Positions 13,984-28,254 of a DNA stretch of 64,000 nt are shown here, one piece after another. Source of the stretch: Octopus sinensis (Eukaryota); NCBI RefSeq assembly GCF_006345805.1, contig NC_043006.1:47430001-47494000 (forward strand), read 5' to 3'. A program made the position numbers and the translations under genes. Below the pieces are notes generated by a model. It did not search any database and was not told where the DNA came from. It was given only the letters and a program-made list of their open reading frames with translations. The first letter of the stretch is position 1. Each line of letters starts with the position of its first letter.

Positions 13984-16759
13984 TTGTTTGTATGATGGTT
14001 GTACAATCTTGGTCATAGAGGACTTATAGTTCAATATTGCGTAGCGTTACCGCCGGACAAAATTCTTCAGCTGAATTCAAATGCTGCCGTGGTCGAATTT
14101 TTCTCTGCATCCTTTCGGCGTCGATAGGATAAGTATCAATCATTTACAAATGCCGATGTAATCGCCATAGCTCCTCCCACATATTTCACAAAACACACAT
14201 TAAAATAACCAACAGAATATGTACAAGAATCGCCACCACTAATACATTACAATTTTCGCCCTCCTCCTCATCATTATTGTCTTCCTACTTGCACTTTTGC
14301 GATCATAATAACGGCTAATTGAAATTTTATCAATCATTCAGCTGTGACTGCAAATGGACATCAATTTCATTGACGAGTTTCATTTCTATTGGTTCTCCCC
14401 CAGTAATATTTTAAACACGTTCAGCTAAATTCAAAAAAGCCTCAATGTATATCATTCAAACTATCTTTCCGGTGTTGTAACACGAAGCTGAAATTAATGG
14501 GGTTTATGCAAAGATGCTAGTTATTAGAAATGGTTTTACATCTAAGTGCCTCAAACTCCATTTTGAACTTATTCAATCTTCACTTCATTCAAAAAGCATC
14601 ACTATTGTAAGTAATATGCAGGGATCTTTAGAATCGATTATATTCCATCCATATAGAACTTGGTATTAAGATTAATCAAAAGAATGGGTTGATATGTTTG
14701 CGTTAACTCCAAGAATTTTTCACATTAATATGATTTGGAAATCCTGATTCGAAATTATTAATCTTCTGAAAGCATGAATAATCTCAGTGAAGTTTAAGAG
14801 TATTACGTTAAGTTCAATGCGTGTAAATTTATCGATTGTTGATAATTCCATGATAATCAAAGATATTTATAGCAAAGAAACATACGGTGAAGATATATCT
14901 GAAGACGGCGCTTAATGGAACAGCAACGGAGTTAGGTTTGTATAAGTATATTGAGGTTTTAGTCAAATATGTTTATTCTAAATTTGTGGTAATGAAATAA
15001 GTATTAAAATAACATAAGATTCGCGTTAAAAAAGGATGAATTTTTACTTAACTTTCTCCTGAAATATCCTTGACTGAAAAAGTAAAAAAAAGTTTATTAA
15101 TTAGTAGAGACACTTAAGTAGAGTCTTACTATGATATCCTTTGTAGCTGGCAATTACGTCGCTTGTGTATTTAATTGAAGTAAAAGCTTAATTGAGTTAA
15201 TTAACACGATACAAATGGGTGTGGTACAAATAGAGTGCAAATATATTTCATTTGATTGCTTTGCTTTGAAGATATCATGTTTTCCAAGTATTCCAGTATG
15301 TAAACAAATTCTATTTCTTCTATATCGGATGTGCCTCTTCATACTTATGGCCTCATATCTACATATGTTATTCAGCGCCTTCAAACAATGCATGATCACT
15401 CACAACTAATAACTGTTAAATGATATATGTATGTTTCTATGTAGAATGGTACGATTATTCGCTTCCAGCAACTCTTACAATGCGTCACTTCTTACAACTA
15501 CACTAATACATTATCAATTTCTGGGAAAAACGTTAGGCAAATTTGAAATTAAAATGACCTCTAGCCCTAGTAATTCAACATTTACTTAAAAGTTCTCTAT
15601 AAGCAGGAGCATAGTTTCTCTCAAGGAGATGAGCATGGTTATTACTATTTTCGAGTGTTAATATATCAGCGTTAGATGTTAATTTTTCTATTTAAAGTTA
15701 TTTTTTGATTAAATTACTCGTAATTAATTAAAATGGTGAATTACTTCAAGTAGATATAATTAATTAATGCTAATACTTTATTTTGAAGATTTAATGCTTT
15801 GACTAGTGTTTCGATAGCGGATAAACTTACAATCAATCTATTTCATTGATTTTCTAAGAGTGCAACTCAACAAACACTGTATATGTCAGTTATAGTTCCA
15901 TAATGTAAAAAAAAAGTGCTCAATTACTACGCACACAGATGTTCATAAATACCGATGTGTGTATATATATATTTGGGGATGATTGTATGTGCTCGTGTGT
16001 GTGTTTGTGCAGATAAATGTACGTGTTAGTATTGTTTACAAAAGTGCAGGCATGCAGGTGAATATATGCATACCTCTAGACGCTTATACATACATATTCA
16101 GTCACCTATAAGTGAGGTGCAAGAAATACCTTTAATTTTATATATACATATCAAGTTCCTTATATATATATATATATATATATTTGCATATTTCTTGTAG
16201 ATTCGTCTTGACAGTTGCAAAGTTCATCATCAAGTTTAATTTGCTACTCATTCCTCTTCTTACAGACAAAAATACTGTCACGTATTTCTCTCCGATAATT
16301 ATATCAAAAATATAATCGGAGAAATCAGAGGAATAGTTAGTTATGATTTATATCAGAAGGAAAAGTTGACAAATTTATCACTTCCAAGTCTCCTTGCAAC
16401 GTATATTTTGTGAACGTATTTTTACTTTCCTTAATATCTTCGTTTATCAGAAGCTAATTCACGTTAATGTACTTCATAAAAAACGTTCCTATTAAAGTAT
16501 CTTAGTCTTCAGATCGCCTATAACTTTACTTTATCGTTATGTTTAAAAATAACTGAGAATTAGATTTAAATATCCAGAATGAAATTAACCTTTGGCTTAT
16601 AAAGAAATCTGTGAATGTTATTTTTATAAAACGACATTAATTTATCAATTTCTCGTTCTTTCTATAAATACAGAAAATTAAATACATGAGGCAAGAATAC
16701 GCCCACATTCATAAAGAATTTCAAACTCAATGAAAACTCATATATATTTCACATGTGAA

Positions 16760-17075
16760 AGCGCGTTGCTTAGTGGTTAGGGTATTCGGTTCACGGTCAT
16801 AGGGTTGTGAGTTCAATTCACGGCGACGAGTTGTGTCTATGATCAAGTCGCTTTATTTCATGTTGCTCCAGTCCACTCAGCTGGCAAAAATGAGTGGCAC
16901 CTGTATTTCGAATGGCTGGCCTTGTAACACTTTCTGTCACGCTGAATCTCCCTGAGAACTGCGTTAAGGGTCCACGTTTGTGTGAGACGCTCAGCCACTT
17001 GCACGTTAATTTCACAAGCCAGCTGTTCCGTTGATCGTATTTTCAGAGACCCTCGTCCTCGTAACCGACAGCGTA
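16760..17075 (+). mobile_element. tRNA-derived SINE, family C
   Basis: A box (ttgcttagtgg) and B box (gagttcaattc). Body shared with 39945-40075 and 55046-55290 (ccactcagctgg...ctgaatctccctg...ttaatttcac). Confidence 0.8.
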
Positions 17076-17857
17076 CTCCTTTTTCTTTAATATTTCACAG
17101 CCATAGACGTATAAACACACGCACACACACACGTACATATATAAAAACCCTATCTTTTCATATTGCAGGCATGATAAAGCACCACTTTACAGAGTGTAGT
17201 CGAACACTTTGATTCTAGCAATTTTTAAGACTTGTGCATATTCTAACAGTGTATTTTTGTTCCAACGCTAAGTTACAATGGCAGAAAGGCATTCTTTGCA
17301 GGTTCATTTGAACATGCACCAATGTACGATTTAAATAATGAACGCCTACGTAAATCCCCGAAAAATATAATCTAATACTTGTGCCGAAAACCAGAAGAAC
17401 GTCAGTATAGGAGTAGTTACGAACAATTATAAAGTAGTCCGAATGTAAACGGCGGGTAAAAAGAATTCAGCGTAATCAACTTCTGAAATTTTCGTAAGCT
17501 GAAATGGAAATCTAAAGTAGTTTTCATCAGCTCTGTCGACATCTGGAACAGAACAGAGGTATTTAAAGATTGGACGTAGAAATATGTTTATATTCTATAG
17601 TGTTTAGGAAAGTTCTTGATTGTTTTACGCATGCCGTACTTTTCTTGGAAATCAGTTGAATGGATATATTTTCGAAAATTCTATCGGTACGTTCGGGTAC
17701 ACAAAAGTTATGATGATACATTCACCCATACAACATTTTTGTGGAAGGCAAAAGAGGTAACAGCTGTTTGTATTTGTCAATTCTTGTCGGAGTCATTATC
17801 AGATGTATAAACTTTCTATATTCTCGAACATAATATTTGTAAAACCACAAATAATAT

Positions 17858-18050
17858 ACGAGGGGTGCTGAAAAGTTCCTGGCTTGAAAGGTATCGCGAA
17901 AGTCATGGTTCGAGGCCCAACCTCCCGAGTTCTTTTACAGATCTAAGAAAAACCGGTGTACCGCTGCAATAAGTGTGTGATATATGCGAGAATATGCTGA
18001 ATAAAAGCATAATTATCTCATCTTCTTCTGCTCCTTTTTACCCTAAGCAT
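17858..18050. mobile_element. Mariner-like MITE remnant
   Basis: TA-CGAGGGGTGCTGAAAAGTTCCTGGCTT terminus; colinear with the copy at 45797-46008. Confidence 0.6.
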
Positions 18051-18977
18051 GCCCTGATAGGTTATAGCAAGCTTAATAGACCGACTTGAATATTTAGCAC
18101 TTTTCTTTGCAGCTAAAACTAACCGACACTTCGCTGTTTTGATAAATATCTTTCATCGCTAGAATATAATGAAAACAATATTTATATATTTACTTTCCAG
18201 CAGTGTATTACAACGATTTTAAACAACGTGTCTAAACAATACGTTCGTGGAAAGCAAAACAGGGAACAGTGATACGTACGTTGGACTCATCTTTCACAGT
18301 TGTGAATACCGTCCTCAAAAGCAATGTTAACAAACCCTATTTTACAACTCCTACTACTGCAGATACTGGGATGTTACGGCGGTATTTTCTTTTTTAAAAA
18401 ACGAACAGCGTCGTCGGTCGGAACCGCGACCTCTTCCTAGCTGCACACAAGTAATGATCCAGTATTTGATACGCTTTTACTTTTTTTACTCGTTTCAGTT
18501 ATTTGACTGCGGTCATGTTGGGCGGAATTTGATAAAATACCAAACGATATTTGGCTGTGTCATTTTAATTCTGGCCTGTTCTGTTTTTAACATAGCGGGG
18601 GATCGATGAGATAAGTACAATCAACAGAAACTGTACGATGTAAATGAATATAAACTATAATGTAGCGTGTGCACAGGTCAGCTGGAACCAGCGAAATATA
18701 CGCACTCGGTAAGAGGATGTGGAGAATCAACTCCATGTTCTGTTAGCCTGGTCTACAGTTATACATTTATATACCATTTATATACTATTTGCACTTAAAT
18801 GCATCTGGTGAATACTCTACTAAGACGGAATTTGGTTTTCTGCAATTAACTTCACCGAAAACTGTCTTTTAAATCAACGTGCTCGCTTACACGTCCCCGT
18901 AATACCTTGATCTGGTAGAATTAGCAACTAAACGATCTACTTTCTAATGTCAATGAGCAGTTAGGCGCAGTTATATT

Positions 18978-19604
18978 CTTTTCTACTCTAGGCCTGAAAT
19001 TTAGTGGGAGGAACCCAGTCGATTAGATCGACCCCCAGTAAGCAAGCTGGCAGAAACGTTAGCACGCCGGGCGAAATGCTTAGTGGTATTTCGTCTGCCG
19101 CTACGTTCTGAGTTCAAATTCCGCCGAGGTCAACTTTGGATTTCATCCTTTCGGGGGCGATTAAATGAGTACCAGTTACGCACAGGGGTCGATATAATCG
19201 ACTTAATCCATTTGTCTGTCCTTGCTTGTCCCTTCTATGTTTAGCTCCTTGTGGGCAGTAATGAAATAAGTAAGCAACTGGTACTTAATTTATCGACACC
19301 CGAAAGGACGAAAGGCAAAGACAACCTCAGCGGAATTTTAACTCAGAACGTAAAGACAGACGAAATACCTATTTCTTTACAACCCACAAGGGACTAAATA
19401 CAGGGAGGACAAACAAGGACAGACAAACGGACTAAGTCGATTATATCGTCCCCCAGTGCGTAACTGGTACTTATTTAATCGACCCCGAAAGGATGAAAGG
19501 CAAAGTCGACCTCGGTGGAATTTGAACTCAGAACGTAGCGGAAGGCGAAATACCGCTAGGCATTTCACTCGGCGTGCTAACGGTTCTATCAGCTCGCTGC
19601 CTTA
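18978..19604 (-). mobile_element. Dimeric SINE family B copy with a nested insertion
   Basis: Head (gcagcgagctgatagaaccgttagcacgccg) at 19600 on the minus strand. Flanking duplication ttaggcgcagttatatt (18961-18977) and ttaggcgtagctatatt (19605-19621). Confidence 0.85.
19046..19268 (+). mobile_element. SINE family B monomer nested in opposite orientation
   Basis: gctggcagaaacgttagcacgccgggcgaaatg...gagttcaaattcc; 9-bp TSD agtaagcaa at 19037-19045 and 19269-19277. Confidence 0.88.
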
Positions 19605-21439
19605 TTAGGCGTAGCTATATTGCTAGAAAAATAGAAGCTATGATTACAGCTTTGGCATTTTTAATTGTAGAAATTCTGCTTCACTGGAGATTATATATAG
19701 CTAAAAATCAATAGCGTTTCAACAATGAGGGAATTTCTGATTACCCCACCTTCACCTGTTATAATTACTTGAACATTTTCTAGAAATCGCAACCTGCAAC
19801 TTTAGATATGGAACGCCTTCCTGCAACAGCTAAGTAATATAAACATCTCAAACAAAGGAATGAAAGAAATGCTATGCCCTAGGAAAGAAAACACATGAAT
19901 CGTTTCGGGTAAAACACTTCATTGCGAAGGCAGAGGGAATGTCAACTAGTTGACATTTCATCTGATTCCTTACCACATAAAACTAATTCCACTCTTTGGC
20001 TATCCATAATTGTACAATGGTTCGTGTTTACAGTTGAAAACTATTTGGTTATAATGGAGCTCATGTTGATCAGGTTTAACCGGGGGTTAAACAACAAACA
20101 TTACAGATCTATTACCATCAAAATCTTATATTATACATAATTATAGCGTTATAGAAATATTTCTTTACTTTTCTACACCTCCATGCTTTTATTTATCTAC
20201 AAAGAGGTTCAATATTAATTTCTATTGTCGCTGGAAAGCAGATCAATAGCACGCGATGACAATTTAATTAAACGTATTTTCTTCATAGTTAATTTCTATT
20301 CTATAACATGGTAGAGATTTTGAAAATTCCTTAGGAGTAACCACCTCAGAGAAATTAAATTTTAATTTAATTCTATAGCAATTCTGACATTAAGCACTTT
20401 TATAAGTGTTTTGTTTCGGTCAAAATCTCAGTCAGTCAGTCAAAGTGGATTTATTTGTTCAGACATTGTTTACAAAATTGCAAATGTATTTAGAGTAGAT
20501 GTTTCTTTCTTTCCATTAGGTATTTTATTTTTTGCTATGGCTGTTCTTGTTATTTTTGTTTTCTTTTCAGCGGTTTCTTTTTCTGTCTTGAAGTTTCTTT
20601 TGTAATTCAGAAATGAAACGTCTGAAATAAAACTGAAAGCAAATTTAATAATTTTCTTGGCGTCGTTCTACGAAATGCAATAAAGAAATTTTGTTTCTCA
20701 CAAACTTTCGCTGCTTTATAATATACACATCCACAAATTAAGATACACATATGTTTATGGATGGGAGTGTGAATTCCATTACATAAGTGTCTTTATGTAT
20801 GCGTGTGTATAAATTTCTTTTCATGTATGGGTATATCTATGTTTCACTACATATTTTTATGAACAAATGTATATTCTGTATTAATGTGTATGGTGCATGT
20901 ATACAAATATATTTGTATGCAAGCTCATATATATATTTATATTTTTTAATATGTATGTGTGTGTGCATACGAGTGTGCGTGTGTCTATCTATTCGCTTAT
21001 GTATATATACGAGCATATGTTACGTAGCTGTGTAGGATAAGAAAAATTTTAATCCGGCAGATTTATTAATTGAATTTCTTTTTAAAATCTCCAAGTAACT
21101 TTTTAGTCATTAAGATGTCTGCACTTGTACGTATATAAGTAGGCAGGCGTACTCACTCACACACTACAGACACATACAGACCGCGCGCACACAAAACTGA
21201 CGCACGCACACCATGGACATACATACATACTATATTCGTATATAGTTATATGAGGGTGCATATATGCAATGTAAGCACATAAATTCCTATAACACTCAAA
21301 ATATGTATTCTACCCACGTCTTTACAGTGTTTCTTATATGTACATTACCTTTTGAAGATGTATATATATATATATATGTATGTGTATATGTATGTATTTA
21401 TGTATGTGTCTATCTATTTCTCTGATTGTATGTGTGTGT

Positions 21440-21482
<43 letters not shown>

Positions 21483-21804
21483 CATACATACATAGATACA
21501 TAGATACATACATTCATACATACATACGCATAGAAACATACGTGCACACACAAGTACATATATATACATATGTGTTTGTGTGTGTATGTATATAAATGAA
21601 TGGTTATCTTTGTACATATAGACTTCTGTAAAGCCTATTAGATAAATGGTTATAGAGAGAAAGCGGAGATGCATAAATTTGATTTTTATGAGATATTTAT
21701 ATTTTGATTGATGTATTTAATGGTATATGCGACAAACTGTATTGAGTATTGAATTCAGAGTGATGAAATTGCTGAAGAATATATTTTATTCTTAGTGTTA
21801 ACGT

Positions 21805-22340
21805 TTCTCCTCTTCTTCTTGTTCTTGTTCTTCTCCTCCTCCTCCCCCTTTTTATTTTTCTCCTTCTTCTTCTTCTTCTTCTTCTTCTTCTTCTTCTTCT
21901 TCTTCTTCTTCTTCTTCTTCTTCTTCTACATCTTCGCCTTCTTCTTCTTCTTCTTCTTCTTCTTCTACTCCTTCACTTCTTCTTCTTCTCCTTCTTCTTC
22001 TTCTCCTTCTTTTTTCTCCTTCTTCTTCTCCTTCTTCTTCTTCTCCTTCTTCTTCTTCCTCTTCTCCACGTCTTCTTCTTTTTCTCCTTCTTCTCCATTT
22101 CTTCTTCTTCTTCTTCTTCTTCTTCTTCTTCTTCTCCACGTCTTCTTCTTTTTCTCCTTCTTCTCCATCTTCTTCTTCTTCTTCTTCTCCACTTCTTCTT
22201 CTTCTTCTTCTTCTTCTTCTCCACTTCTTCTTCTTCTTCTTCTTCTCCACGTCTTCTTCTTTTTCTCCTTCTTCTCCATTTCTTCTTCTTCTTTTTCTCC
22301 TTCTTCTCCATCTTCTTCTTCTTCTTTCTTCTTCTTCTCC

Positions 22341-22371
<31 letters not shown>

Positions 22372-22431
22372 CTCCACTTCTTCTTGTTCTTGTTCTTGTT
22401 CTTCTTCTTCTTCTTCTTCTTCTTCTTCTCC

Positions 22432-22462
<31 letters not shown>

Positions 22463-22605
22463 CTCCACTTCTTCTTGTTCTTCTTGTTCTTATTCTTCTT
22501 CTTCTTCATCTAATCAAATTGCGTTGAAGAGTTATATCCTGCAGCCAACAGTTACATTTTTAATCCTTTCCTTCAAACGTTCATACATCGAAATCGAAGG
22601 GAGTG

Positions 22606-22652
<47 letters not shown>

Positions 22653-22660
22653 TATTGTTA

Positions 22661-22727
<67 letters not shown>

Positions 22728-22780
22728 CATTATTATTATCATTATTATTATCATTATTATCATTATTACTATTACTATTA

Positions 22781-22818
<38 letters not shown>

Positions 22819-22860
22819 TTATTATTATTATTATTATTATTATTTTTATTTTTATTATTG
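21805..22860. repeat. Compound microsatellite: (CTT)n, then (CAT)n and (TAT)n
   Basis: Directly visible; accounts for the poly-E/K/R/F/S ORFs. Confidence 0.95.
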
Positions 22861-23579
22861 CCATTTCTGTTTGATATAGTTACGAATATGACCTGCCGCT
22901 CAGCTAGATTAAACGAATTAGAAGCCATAACAGAAGAAAAGAAATAGCTGTAAATATATTTTCTCCGGAGACATCTCGTAGAATATCAAGGACTTGTCGC
23001 AGATACTGGTTGAGGAACAGAGTTTGTCATATTTCGACTGTTCTACGTTGTTTTATTTATGTTTATATTCAACCCAATTTGCTACGGGCTATTGTGGCAG
23101 TATTCCAAAGCATATCATTTGAATAAAACGAAAATCTATATAGATATATATATAATACGGCGCATATATTTCACAAGCAGAGAAAAATTATCACTTCTTG
23201 ACAGAAAGCTGTCATATAAACTCAGACTTTGTTAGAGATAAAATAAACAATATAAGAAGTGACAACGATCACACGAAAATAATTTTAAAACGCGGGAACA
23301 AGAACGGAAATGGTTTGTGGTAATTTACAAATGATACTTACGAGAAAATATCTTTAGTAATAAGTCATATACTTCAATGAAATAATGCACAGTTATATAG
23401 TGTAGCATAGGTACGAAATGTCGGCTCACAGGAAAACTGATAATGCTCCTGTAAAAAGTGCATTTAGGCTATATAGAAACCAATGAATGTTTTTCATTTT
23501 TTTACTCCCCACCGTCGATACAGATAGTAGATGTGAAACTCGCCAAAGAGGAGTCGAGATGTAACTCATCCGCCCTCAT

Positions 23580-23812
23580 TCTTATTTCTTTATTGTCCAC
23601 AACGAGTTAAACATGGAGGGAACAAACAAGGACAGACAAAGGGATTAAGTTGATTACATCAACCCTAGTGCGTAACAGGTACTTAATTTATCGGCCTCGA
23701 AAGGATGATAGACAAAGTCGACATCGGCGGAATTTGAACTCAGAATGAAACGGCAGACGAAATACCACTAGGAATTTCGCCCGGCGCGCTAACGTTTCGG
23801 CCAGCACACCAC
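23580..23812 (-). mobile_element. SINE family B monomer
   Basis: Reverse complement of the family B head and body (ggcggaatttgaactcagaa...ttcgcccggcgcgctaacgtttc). Confidence 0.85.
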
Positions 23813-24927
23813 CTCATCCTGCTTAGTGATAACATCCACTTTGCACCACATATGTAATGGTGACTGATAAAATTAACGGTGTTAGATGGAGCACAACCAG
23901 AATTAAATATATGGTGAATGGTTGCGGTCCTGTGTTGAGTGCGCTATAACAGGAAATCCTGGAAATGTGTAGGCTTGCTTGGAAATCTCCTCCGATAAGT
24001 ATAGAGTTCCTGATGCACCACAGACACAGAAGAGAAAACCCCTTCGACATTGATCAAGCGATAGAATTTCCATGGATCAAGCGCCAGGTGTAATGTAAAC
24101 ACCCTCTGCACATTTTGTTCGAGAAGGCGAAATTGGGAAGAAATTGAATTATGCCTTAAAGGACATTTTTTAATTATCGTTTTATTGTAATTTTAAATTT
24201 ATTTCCATGCAAATATGTAATCTTACAGGAATGTGTTTGCGCGTGTATATATGTATGTGTGTATATGTATTCATATGCTTTTGAAATGTGTATGTCTGTG
24301 AACGTTTAAAATTCTTAACGAATCCTTCTGTATATTGTATAGTGCCTCTTAACTCCTCCCTTCGTAAACTGGAAATGTGCTTGTTTTTTACACAAGCGAT
24401 ATTATCTTTTCTTTCTTTGTACTACCGACTAAAACTTAAGTTTTTTTTCTATATCTCCAGCACTTGTGGCTAGAATGAAAAAAAAATATTCTCACTATTG
24501 TTTTAATGTGGTTTTATTTGGTTCCTATTGTTATTATTATCGTTAATACTACTTCCGCCGTTCTTGCAGTTTTGCTATGTGAGACATATTGATGTGGCTT
24601 TGACTGTGAGGTTGTTGGCATTATCTTAGCCGTCGTTGACGTTGACGTCGTTACAATTTTTGTTTAATTAGAATTATTGGTGAGTATACATTATACAGAT
24701 ACTATATCTAATTTACCCAAGCATTCTAGAAGTTGTTACAATCTTTATATGTAACATTATATCTTAAAATCGAGTCGAATATTGTATCAACTTCTTTTAA
24801 TTCTTAATTAAGTGTATTTATGACGTTCAATCAGTATATACAAATGGACAAATTACATAAAGAGCAGTGAGGGAAATTAATGGAAATATTTTGTAGGAAA
24901 CGAAGTGTTTGCTGAACTATATAATTA

Positions 24928-25307
24928 CGAGCAAAACTCTCCCTGTCCCATGGACGGTGCTGAGTTGTCAAACATTTAAACCAAATTTTCTCAAAGAAAC
25001 TTGTCCGACTGTCCCATAGTCCTCCCCTTTGTGAAACACTGATTTAATCTAAATTTGAGGTACCAGCAAAGGAAGAAATAAAGATAGACTTTTTTCTATT
25101 CCAAAGAAAAATGATTTTATTCACACAAATATGCAGCCGAAGAGTTTAAGGTACCAGTAGTGATAAGGTTGTTGACTGGGAGAACACAAACATAGTTTAA
25201 ACAGTAAGTTTGGCAGGAAAGAAAGGTGCCTTTAAGCAGTACAAAAACGACAAAAAATGGAAGGTGCAGTTACGTACAGACAGACAGAACGGATTTTATA
25301 TAAGAGA
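24928..25307 (-). mobile_element. Non-autonomous Helitron-like element; its 5' junction is tandemly duplicated
   Basis: Minus strand starts A|TCTCTTATATAAAA and ends with hairpin ccgtcc-atg-ggacag and a degenerate CTCGT (for CTAGT). Segment 25227-25345 is repeated at about 25350-25470. Confidence 0.55.
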
Positions 25308-26499
25308 TATTTTTCTTAATACCTTAAAATCTGGTGACAAATCAAAAACGTGCCTTTAAGCAGTACAAAAACAACGACAAATGGAAGGTGCAGTTATGTA
25401 CAGACTGGCAGACAGAACGATTCTATATAAGAGATATTTTTCTTAATACCTTAAAATCTGGTGACAAATGAAAAACAACTGCACTGTAGTTATCTGATTG
25501 CATATTACTTTTTATGAACGTATTTGGAGAACATTTTACTCGCGACAACAGATTTGACTCCTGTTATTGATAAATATATATTATACTATGCAATCGTGGT
25601 TATTAACATCTTGATAAACAGTATTGAAATTCTTACCCTCTTCGTAAACGGTTGTAATAATTTTCAGTTGTCTTGGACTTGGGAAAAATTAATTGCTTGA
25701 TTTAGGACACGAAACGTTCATCCATCATGAGATCGTCAGACCGCCTCTGAACCTCTTGGCCAACGGCCAGTTGCTTCTTCGTATAAATGAAAATGTTACA
25801 ATTTTACATTTTAATTGAAAGTTACACTTTTCTGCCTCATTCATTATCATGCGATCTGCATGATTTACAACTCCAAGAATACAAGATTAAAATTTTACGG
25901 ATAATTAACTTTTACTTTCCAGTGTAGTAGATACACTATTTTCATCAATACCACGTCTCGATTTAATAGTTCGATTGGCGTTCAGGTGTCTTATTCCTGG
26001 ATGTGTACATTGTAAACATATTAATAATATTCGGAGATAAAGCTAATGAAACGTAGTGAAGACCTATGCATTGCAAATATACACTCTTAATGTGAGGTTA
26101 ATCGTCTGGAAACTGATAGTATTGGTAGTAACATCAACTAATCTTAGACATATAATAATTATAAGTCTTTCTTTTCATTACATTGGGAGAAAAAAACAAA
26201 TATACACCCCGCAATGAGACATAAATGTTTAAAATGTCTCATCACATATTTCGAATCTTTACTGTTTACAAACGCTGGTTTTCTTTGTTTAATTCTCTTC
26301 AACACATAGAAATGAATCTTGATACAACGCTATGTGAATTAGAAGTAGCATATAAGACAACTTTGGCAGATAAGAAAACTTTGCGAATCTGCTGGGAAAG
26401 AATGTAAAGAAATATGTTTTAGTTATATCGAGAACTTGTTTAAAAAATACAGGGATAGAAAGGATTGATAGAAGATGCGTTACCAATTTTTGTAATATT

Positions 26500-26617
26500 C
26501 TTTTATTCTTTTACTTGTTTCAGTCATGTGACTGTGGCCATGCTGCAGCACCGCCTTTAGTCGAACAAATCGTCCCCAGGACTTATTCTTTAGAAGCCTA
26601 GTACTTATTCTATCGGT
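26500..26617 (-). mobile_element. 3' fragment of SINE family A
   Basis: ttttacttgtttcagtcatgtgactgtggccatgctg...cctagtacttattctatcggtc. Confidence 0.85.
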
Positions 26618-28159
26618 CGAAACATGCACCCAGTATCGACGATCCATTGGAGTAGTTAAGGAACTTCTTCAGATGTGTAAAATGATAAAACATTAGTTGG
26701 TAAATGTTTGTCTCTGTTATAGAAATGCAGGGAAAGACAGAATTTTACGTGCTGAAGTTTTCCTCATTAAGGGCTATATATAATGAGTCTTATTTCAAGC
26801 CATTAGTTTTCGTGATTTCGAGGATTAGTACCCGAAAAAACCCCAAGCTCAAACCAGGAAATAAATTTGCCTCAAAGATCAACCTTAGATTCTGGAAAAC
26901 CAACATTTTTCATAGGAAATATGTCACAAATACTAGAACTGTGTGATATCTCAAACGAGGGAAAATAGCTTGTCATTTTGAGAAGATTCCTCCCTACGGT
27001 CAAATACTGAAAACCCTATCCGAAAAATAAAGATGTTGAAGCTTTCTATGGCAGTGGATCTAGAGTTTAACGTACCTGCTTAATTTGTGGTTCCACAACA
27101 CATCCAACAGTTAAATTTTTCATCCACGAATGGTCACATGATGGGAGAACAAAACAGTAAGTTTCTATGTAAGCAGTGCAAGTTCGCCACTGGGACTCTA
27201 CTGTTTTTCGGGTCCAGTTGCTGCTGAGCGAAAATCCATCTCTGACGGGTGCCCAGCGATAGAGCTAATTTGATGAGATTCTTAAACAAATTATGTGCAA
27301 CGTTTATCAGAAAAGAATTTAAAACAGGATCAACTTTTTGTGGAAGGAGACAGGCGATGAGGCATTTTAAAGTAATATGTGTACAAAGAGAAAGTTATAT
27401 TTCAAATCGAGTGAATGATAACCACATCTGCTTATTACTGCGCGAGTGTTAGAAAGTTGTGTGTGTTTATTTATGTGCCTGTGAGTGTGTGTGTGTGTAT
27501 GCTTGTGTGCGTGCGTTACTGTGTGTAGCCAGTACCTCTACCTATAACAATTCCAGTCATTTTTGAAAGTGATTTTCATTGTTTACGCAGAAAATGTAGA
27601 ATTCCATGGCATTTTTAGCAAATTTAATAACTTTTCTCATCATTATTTCACATTTTACAAAACAAAAAAAAAATGCCTATGACATTATCCTGATTGATAT
27701 TATTCTTTATAAACATGTCATTGGGTGTCACTTACAAAAAAATTTGCCAGATAACATAAAACCCACAACAATGCATACTAAATCTATTATTATTGAAAAC
27801 TTACATATTTTTTTATAATTTGTTCGTTATTTCTAGAAGGCTACGTGTGAAGGAGGAGTTTTTTTCATCATCCTTTCTAATTTTATATTTGTAATAAATA
27901 ATATCAATCACTATAATGCTATAAATGTGGTTTTTTCCATCCAGTCCAATGTTTACGAGGATGATATCGCATGGTTAAAAAATGCTTTTAAACCATGCGA
28001 TATCATTTTTTTTTGGGGGGGGGGAGTAAAAAACACCATTATACTACTGATGTGTATACTTGAAAACGTATTACAGCATGATTATGTATTCAACTGTATG
28101 ATAGATATATATATATATATATATGAATGTATATGTATATATATATAGATATATGTATG

Positions 28160-28245
<86 letters not shown>

Positions 28246-28254
28246 TATAATCAA

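Noticed and set aside
16283-16323. Small AT-rich hairpin (tctccgat...atcggaga)
   Set aside because: Short and imperfect, with no associated element or motif.
16760-16825. tRNA-like sequences here and at 46879 and 47705 as tRNA genes
   Set aside because: A and B boxes are present but acceptor stems are not convincing and each continues into a repeat body, so they are SINE heads.
21795-22947. Longest ORF (359 aa) and overlapping poly-E/K/R ORFs
   Set aside because: Stop-free trinucleotide repeats (CTT, CAT, TAT), open in several frames on both strands.
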